Positions 59,075 to 64,000 of a DNA stretch of 64,000 nucleotides are shown here, in pieces. How positions within the stretch are numbered: the first letter of the stretch is position 1; the number at the start of each line of letters is the position of its first letter. Under the pieces are notes generated by a model. The model was not told the origin of the DNA. It saw only the letters and a list, made by a program, of their open reading frames with translations, and made no database searches. Source of the DNA: Candidatus Parcubacteria bacterium (lineage in GTDB: Bacteria > Patescibacteriota > Patescibacteriia > UBA1558 > GWA2-36-10). The stretch covers positions 14,068-78,067 of the forward strand of contig JABJNO010000002.1 in the NCBI GenBank assembly GCA_018664825.1, read 5' to 3'. Made by a program: the position numbers and the translations under genes.

Positions 59075-59668
59075 TTATTTTAGACTATCAACTACTTTTT
59101 TCGTCTCTTCCAAATTTTTATATATATACGATACTATACCGGTACTGCCAGCCGCTGCTACATTTTCTTCGACATCATCAAAATAAAGTACATCTCTGGC
59201 TTCTAAGTTTTGTTGTTCAAGTAACTTTTGATAAGCCTGAACATCTGGTTTTACAAATCCTGTTTCACAAGAAAAATATGCCCCATCTACACTATCAAAA
59301 ATTTGAGGATAATTGGCTCGATAAAATTCTGTTCTTTCTTTAAAGTTGTTTGAAAGAATAAAAACATTTACCCCTTGCTCCCTAAGCTCTTGTATATAAT
59401 CCAAAAACTCAGTCACCAAATTTTCTCCAGAAAACCATAAGTCAAAAAACTCTTCCCGAGAAACTTTTATTCCCAACTCCACCAATTTTGGCTCCCAAAG
59501 TTTAAAGAAATCTTGGCAGTTTGGCTTTCTGCCAATATGCATCACTTCATCAAAAATTTTATAAAACTTTTCACTGGGTATATTATATTTGTTCTCAAGT
59601 CGTTTGGTAAAATACTCGCCCTCTGACAAAATCACACCATTCAAATCAAGTATCACTGCTTTAACCAT
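59075..59668 (-). CDS. HAD-family phosphatase
   Basis: ILDLNGV, LSN, KPD, YFDD motifs. Confidence 0.87.
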   Translation of the reverse strand: MVKAVILDLNGVILSEGEYFTKRLENKYNIPSEKFYKIFDEVMHIGRKPNCQDFFKLWEPKLVELGIKVSREEFFDLWFSGENLVTEFLDYIQELREQGVNVFILSNNFKERTEFYRANYPQIFDSVDGAYFSCETGFVKPDVQAYQKLLEQQNLEARDVLYFDDVEENVAAAGSTGIVSYIYKNLEETKKVVDSLK

Positions 59669-59793
59669 AATATTTTTTAAAATTAATTACTTTCTTTATT
59701 ATAATCTCCTCAACTACAAAGTCAATTGCTCAAGTTGCGGAAAATAGGGCATTTGATATAATTATACGCAGGTTAATTAGTTAATAAAAAAAG

Positions 59794-61251
59794 ATGAAAA
59801 AAGCAATATTTTGGGTGTTTGTTGTGCTGTTGGCTCTACCAAATGCTGGTCTAGCTGAAAACAATAATCCACCCACAAACTGCGATATAGATAGCTATAT
59901 TGCACCTGTTGTTGAAATTGAACAAATAAATGACCACCTCAGCATGTCTTGGAATCAAATCGACCATGACAATTTGGCTGGATACAAAGTGGTTATTTCA
60001 AAAGATGATTCTACTCCTGTTTATCCAGCTAATGGATATTTGCGTTGGATCACCGATACCAATATCACATCTTATTCAATAAATAATTCTTCTGCATACA
60101 GAAGTGGTGATTTTGGCGGATACTTAGAAAGTGGTGAAGATTATTATTTTTCTGTCACTGCCGTCTATGACTGTGGTGGTACTCGTACTTCTGTAGCGGG
60201 TAATGTCTTAGAATCTGTTTATCCTGGAAATGTCCAAGATGACGAAGATGATACTAACGACGACGACGATGATCATGATACCTCAAATATAGCCCCAGCT
60301 ACTCCTGAAGTAACCATCACTTCATCTGAGAATGGCACTTTGCTTTCTTGGAAAAAAATAGACGACGATAGATTTAATGGTTACAAAGTAGTCGCTTCAA
60401 AATCAAATACAAAACCAAAATATCCAACTGATGGCTATTTGAAATATATCACTGATGATGATGTAACTAGTTATTTGATAAACAACTCCTCTGCTTATCG
60501 CAATGGAGACTTTGGACAATACTTCAAAGAAGGGGAATTATATTATTTTTCTGTCACTGCTTTGTATAGCACTGGGAAAATAGCTGGTAATGCAATATCT
60601 GCCGCGTATGAAGGCCCTGAACATAAAGTAGTAATAAAGCCTGATGTTGATCCATTGATTGAAATGGAAAGAAATGCTGAAAAATTACGTAATAGTAATT
60701 TAGGCGACATCTTGGCTGAGCTACAAGAACTACGTAGTATAATCAAAGAACAACAAAACGAACTTAAATACTTACGTGGCTTGGTAAATGACATAGCTAG
60801 CCTAAACCAAGAAGTGCGAGATAGTTTGAATCAATTTATTACTTACGGAGTTGATGAAAATACCAAGAAACTTGGTGAAGGTGAAAGAGCAGCTGTGATT
60901 CATTCATACAAATCTGCTTTCAATAAACTTCCTGAAACAGACGAAGAATTAACCGATGCCATCAAAATAGCCAATGGTCGCTGGCCAAGTAAAACCAGTG
61001 AAGAGGCTGAACATAGAGCTAAGGTAGAATTCAAAAAGATCTACTTACGCGATGCTGATACAGATCATCCAAATGACAATGCAGCCGTCACAGTCATGGC
61101 TTATGGTTTGAGACAAAAAGCTGAAAACCGAAACCTAGACAGTGAGCGCGAAGGTATCAAAACTTTCAAATATATTTATGGCCATACTCCAGACACAACC
61201 GAAGAATGGAACATAATGCAAGCCGTTACTTATTCTGGAGCTACTCGATAA
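59794..61251 (+). CDS. Secreted protein with two fibronectin-III-like repeats, coiled coil and helical C-terminal domain
   Basis: Signal peptide; duplicated W...GYKVV.SK...YP..GYL..ITD...YYFSVTA.Y units. Confidence 0.8.
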   Translation: MKKAIFWVFVVLLALPNAGLAENNNPPTNCDIDSYIAPVVEIEQINDHLSMSWNQIDHDNLAGYKVVISKDDSTPVYPANGYLRWITDTNITSYSINNSSAYRSGDFGGYLESGEDYYFSVTAVYDCGGTRTSVAGNVLESVYPGNVQDDEDDTNDDDDDHDTSNIAPATPEVTITSSENGTLLSWKKIDDDRFNGYKVVASKSNTKPKYPTDGYLKYITDDDVTSYLINNSSAYRNGDFGQYFKEGELYYFSVTALYSTGKIAGNAISAAYEGPEHKVVIKPDVDPLIEMERNAEKLRNSNLGDILAELQELRSIIKEQQNELKYLRGLVNDIASLNQEVRDSLNQFITYGVDENTKKLGEGERAAVIHSYKSAFNKLPETDEELTDAIKIANGRWPSKTSEEAEHRAKVEFKKIYLRDADTDHPNDNAAVTVMAYGLRQKAENRNLDSEREGIKTFKYIYGHTPDTTEEWNIMQAVTYSGATR

Positions 61252-61260
61252 TCTACAATC

Positions 61261-61289
61261 AAAAAACCACCCCGAGAGGGGTGGTTTTT
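61261..61289. terminator. Bidirectional terminator
   Basis: AAAAACCACCCC-GAGA-GGGGTGGTTTTT. Confidence 0.85.
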
Positions 61290-61311
61290 ATTTATCTATA
61301 TAAATATAGAT

Positions 61312-61509
61312 TTAGGCTTTTGCAACTTTTACAGCAGCTTGACCTTTTGGGGTGTCGCTTACTTCAAAAGTAACAGCATCACCTTCTTGTAATTCACTGA
61401 AATCTAAACCTTCTAGTTCATTTGCGTGAAAGAATAAATCTTTGTCAGCACCCTCTGGTGTAATGAAACCGAAGTTTTTGTCAGTCAATTTTTTGATAAT
61501 TCCTTGCAT
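61312..61509 (-). CDS. Cold-shock protein
   Basis: NFGFI (RNP1), DLFFH (RNP2), 65 aa. Confidence 0.93.
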   Translation of the reverse strand: MQGIIKKLTDKNFGFITPEGADKDLFFHANELEGLDFSELQEGDAVTFEVSDTPKGQAAVKVAKA

Positions 61510-61685
61510 ACTAAATGTAGAAATAAAATTGAATTAACATATAGAAGCTTTGAGAATTCGACGTTATTTCTCCACTTACTATACTCATGAACAACCTTGT
61601 TGATTGTTCGAAGCCATAATAGCATGTTTATAACTAAAAGTCAATACTAAACAAAAAAGAACCTTGCAGATACAAGATTCACTTT

Positions 61686-61760
61686 TGGTGACCCCACGGA
61701 GAATCGAACTCCGGTTGCTAGGATGAAAACCTAGTGTCCTAACCACTAGACGATGGGGCC
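61686..61760 (-). tRNA. tRNA-Glu (anticodon UUC), encoded CCA
   Basis: GGCCCCATCGTCTAGTGGTTAGGACACTAGG-TTTTCAT-CCTAGCAACCGGAGTTCGATTCTCCGTGGGGTCACCA folds as a cloverleaf. Confidence 0.96.
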
Positions 61761-61819
61761 TGGTCGTTCTACAAAATAGAACGTCAATATAATAACAAAA
61801 AATGGACCCAAAGTCAAGC

Positions 61820-62233
61820 CTAGTCTTTTAACTTCTTGATTATTTTTTCCTCAAAATAATCTCTGTCACCATGTGGTAAAAAGCTTTTATGATGATCAGG
61901 AGCTTTGAATATATCGTCTTCTTTGTGTTGAATACCACACCAATAAGCTTCCGTTTCTGCAAAAATTACCATTGCGTATTTTATCAAACCATTTGAATAG
62001 CCACAATAAACACAATTTATTTTTTGGACATTATCCAAATACTCTAGTCTATGTCTATCTATCTTGATATAAGCTCCTCTTGGCACCAAAGGCAAATCAT
62101 AAAGACGGAAACAGATTTGATGATATATTTCCAAAAATATATCCAAAATCACAATAGGAAAAACCATCAGATACACAAATGGTATCGATGCTATGTGATG
62201 AACTGCCTTTTCAGGAAATTTAAAATAATTCAT
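61820..62233 (-). CDS. Hypothetical protein with N-terminal hydrophobic segment and Cys/His motifs
   Basis: IDRH, NCVYCGY.NG, E.YWC.I.H motifs. Confidence 0.75.
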   Translation of the reverse strand: MNYFKFPEKAVHHIASIPFVYLMVFPIVILDIFLEIYHQICFRLYDLPLVPRGAYIKIDRHRLEYLDNVQKINCVYCGYSNGLIKYAMVIFAETEAYWCGIQHKEDDIFKAPDHHKSFLPHGDRDYFEEKIIKKLKD

Positions 62234-62252
62234 TTTTATATTCTTAATTTTT

Positions 62253-64000
62253 TTATTCTACGGTTACACTTTTTGCCAAATTACGAGGTTTGTCTACATC
62301 CATTCCCTTGGCCTCGGCGATATAATAAGCCAAGAGCTGCAAAGGAATAGAGTTTATTATTGGCGATAGCTCATCCACTGTCTCTGGTACCATTATAACA
62401 TAATCTGTGATTTTCTTTATTTCTTTGTCTCCTTTGTTGACTATCGCTATTATCCTACCCTCTCTAGCTTTGACCTCTTGCATATTACTAATTGTCTTTT
62501 GAGTCAGATTATTTTTGGTGACCACAAAGACAACTGGCATATCTTCATCAATTAGCGCTATTGGTCCGTGCTTTATTTCGGCTGCTGGATACCCCTCGGC
62601 ATGGATATAAGAAATCTCCTTGAGCTTGAGTGCGCCTTCTAAGGCTACTGGGAAATTTACTCCCCTACCAAGATATAAAAAGTTTTTACTATCTTTAAAT
62701 TTGTCAGCAATTTTTTTGATATCCTCTGCACTTTTGAGAGCTTCAGCTATTTTCTTTGGAAGCCTAAACAATTCTTTGATTATTTTCTTATCCACCTTTA
62801 GACCCTTTTCCTGACGAATATGCAAAGCCAATAAAATCAAAGATACCACCTGTGAAGTAAAGGCCTTGGTACTGGCCACACCTATCTCTGGGCCAACGTG
62901 CAGATAAATACCACTCTCTACTTCACGAGTTATGGTAGATCCCACTACATTGACTATTCCTAGAGTCTTGGCATTTTGTTCTTTGGCTTCTCTGAGAGCA
63001 GCTAGTGTATCAGCCGTCTCTCCTGATTGAGAAATTGCGACCAACAAATCATCGCTTTTTATCAATGGCTTACGATAACGAAATTCCGAAGCATAGTCAA
63101 CCTCAGTAGGTATTTGGGCGATCGACTCCAAAATATATTTGCCTATCAATCCAGAATGCCAGCTAGTCCCACAGGCTGTAATCAATACCCTGCTTATGTC
63201 TTTGACATCAAAATTTACCGAAAGCTTTATTCTGTCTTCTTTTATACGCCCGCGCAAAGTATTTGAAATAGCCTCTGGTTGTTCAAAAATTTCTTTAAGC
63301 ATAAAATGCTTAAATCCCTTCTTCTCAATCTGATCTATGGTCCATTTTATTTCTTCTACTTTTTCAGCTACTCTTTTGCCTTCCAAATTTTTTATTTCAT
63401 AGCCGCCCTGACTGATGGTGGCCATCTCATTGTCATTGAGATAGATTACTTTTTTGGTATGTTCTAGAATAGCTGGCACATCACTAGCTACAAACATCTC
63501 ATTTTTACCAATACCTATGATGAGCGGCGAGCCTCGGCGAGCCGCTATGATCTTTTTCTCATTTTTGTGAATCACAGCCAGTCCAAAAGCTCCATCAACA
63601 AGTTGCAGAGCTTCTCTGACAGCAGATTCTAAATCATCTTTATAAAATTTCTCTACAAGGTGGGCAATAATTTCTGAATCTGTATCTGATTCTATCTTGT
63701 GCCCATGTTTTTCCAAAAGTTTTTTTAAAGAACTATAATTTTCTATAATCCCATTGTGGACTATAGCTATCTCTCCTTTACAATCTAGATGCGGATGAGC
63801 ATTTTTTTCATTTGGCTCCCCATGAGTAGCCCAACGAGTATGAGCAATACCAATTGGTCCATCTATATCTTGAGTGGCGATCGTATCTACTAGCTTTTGG
63901 AGCTTGCCCTTTTTCTTGATGGTTTTTAGATCCCCGTTATTAGAAATACAAACCCCCGCACTATCATAGCCGCGGTATTCCAATTTTTGTAATCCATTTA
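62253..64000 (-). CDS. glmS: Glutamine--fructose-6-phosphate aminotransferase (extreme N-terminus beyond window)
   Basis: LEYRGYDSAG, HTRWATHG, HNGIIEN, SQSGETADT, PRNLAKSVTVE. Confidence 0.97.
   Translation of the reverse strand, partial: NGLQKLEYRGYDSAGVCISNNGDLKTIKKKGKLQKLVDTIATQDIDGPIGIAHTRWATHGEPNEKNAHPHLDCKGEIAIVHNGIIENYSSLKKLLEKHGHKIESDTDSEIIAHLVEKFYKDDLESAVREALQLVDGAFGLAVIHKNEKKIIAARRGSPLIIGIGKNEMFVASDVPAILEHTKKVIYLNDNEMATISQGGYEIKNLEGKRVAEKVEEIKWTIDQIEKKGFKHFMLKEIFEQPEAISNTLRGRIKEDRIKLSVNFDVKDISRVLITACGTSWHSGLIGKYILESIAQIPTEVDYASEFRYRKPLIKSDDLLVAISQSGETADTLAALREAKEQNAKTLGIVNVVGSTITREVESGIYLHVGPEIGVASTKAFTSQVVSLILLALHIRQEKGLKVDKKIIKELFRLPKKIAEALKSAEDIKKIADKFKDSKNFLYLGRGVNFPVALEGALKLKEISYIHAEGYPAAEIKHGPIALIDEDMPVVFVVTKNNLTQKTISNMQEVKAREGRIIAIVNKGDKEIKKITDYVIMVPETVDELSPIINSIPLQLLAYYIAEAKGMDVDKPRNLAKSVTVE

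Noticed and set aside
61640-61820. tRNA-Glu as an integration site
   Set aside because: No duplicated tRNA 3' end or integrase seen in the window.
63932-63946. CCCCGTTATTAGAAA resembling the MITE end
   Set aside because: Imperfect, no partner inverted repeat, lies in normal glmS coding sequence.
1-64000. Alternative genetic code (UGA=Gly)
   Set aside because: Long genes translate intact with code 11 and queH ends in TGA.

Overview
AT-rich (low-GC) bacterial chromosome segment using the standard code (TGA is a stop). Gene content and style suggest a Patescibacteria/CPR (Parcubacteria-like) genome, which is an inference: compact housekeeping genes mostly without Shine-Dalgarno sites, type IV pilus ATPase, Elp3, Lys-rich protein tails. 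Core genes: uvrA (partial), uvrC, secG, rnj, trpS, ldh, murI, glyA, folD, a UvrD-type helicase, ychF, queA, queH, ruvB, gyrA, rpsA, ftsH, pilB, valS, tsaE, tsaD, trmB, csp, tRNA-Glu(UUC) and glmS (partial). There is also a very AT-rich glycosylation island. No CRISPR array, rRNA, transposase or integrase was seen. Best leads: (1) Elp3 head-to-head with a Trm9/ALKBH8-like methyltransferase, start codons 1 bp apart, a candidate eukaryote/archaeal-type cm5U->mcm5U wobble pathway in a bacterium; (2) a valS T-box with an ultrashort Stem I and apical Val specifier, upstream of a ValRS with an inserted ASCH domain; (3) an unannotated ~190-nt rod-shaped ncRNA with its own promoter and terminator; (4) a PPN-containing leader peptide/terminator ahead of an anticodon-domain-less AsnRS paralogue; (5) a DEDD exonuclease-WYL fusion beside an SF1 helicase; (6) a 75-bp MITE inserted in the uvrC start codon; (7) four orphan single-gene cassettes sharing promoter/boxA-like/SD architecture. 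All family calls come from motif reading by eye; no searches were run.
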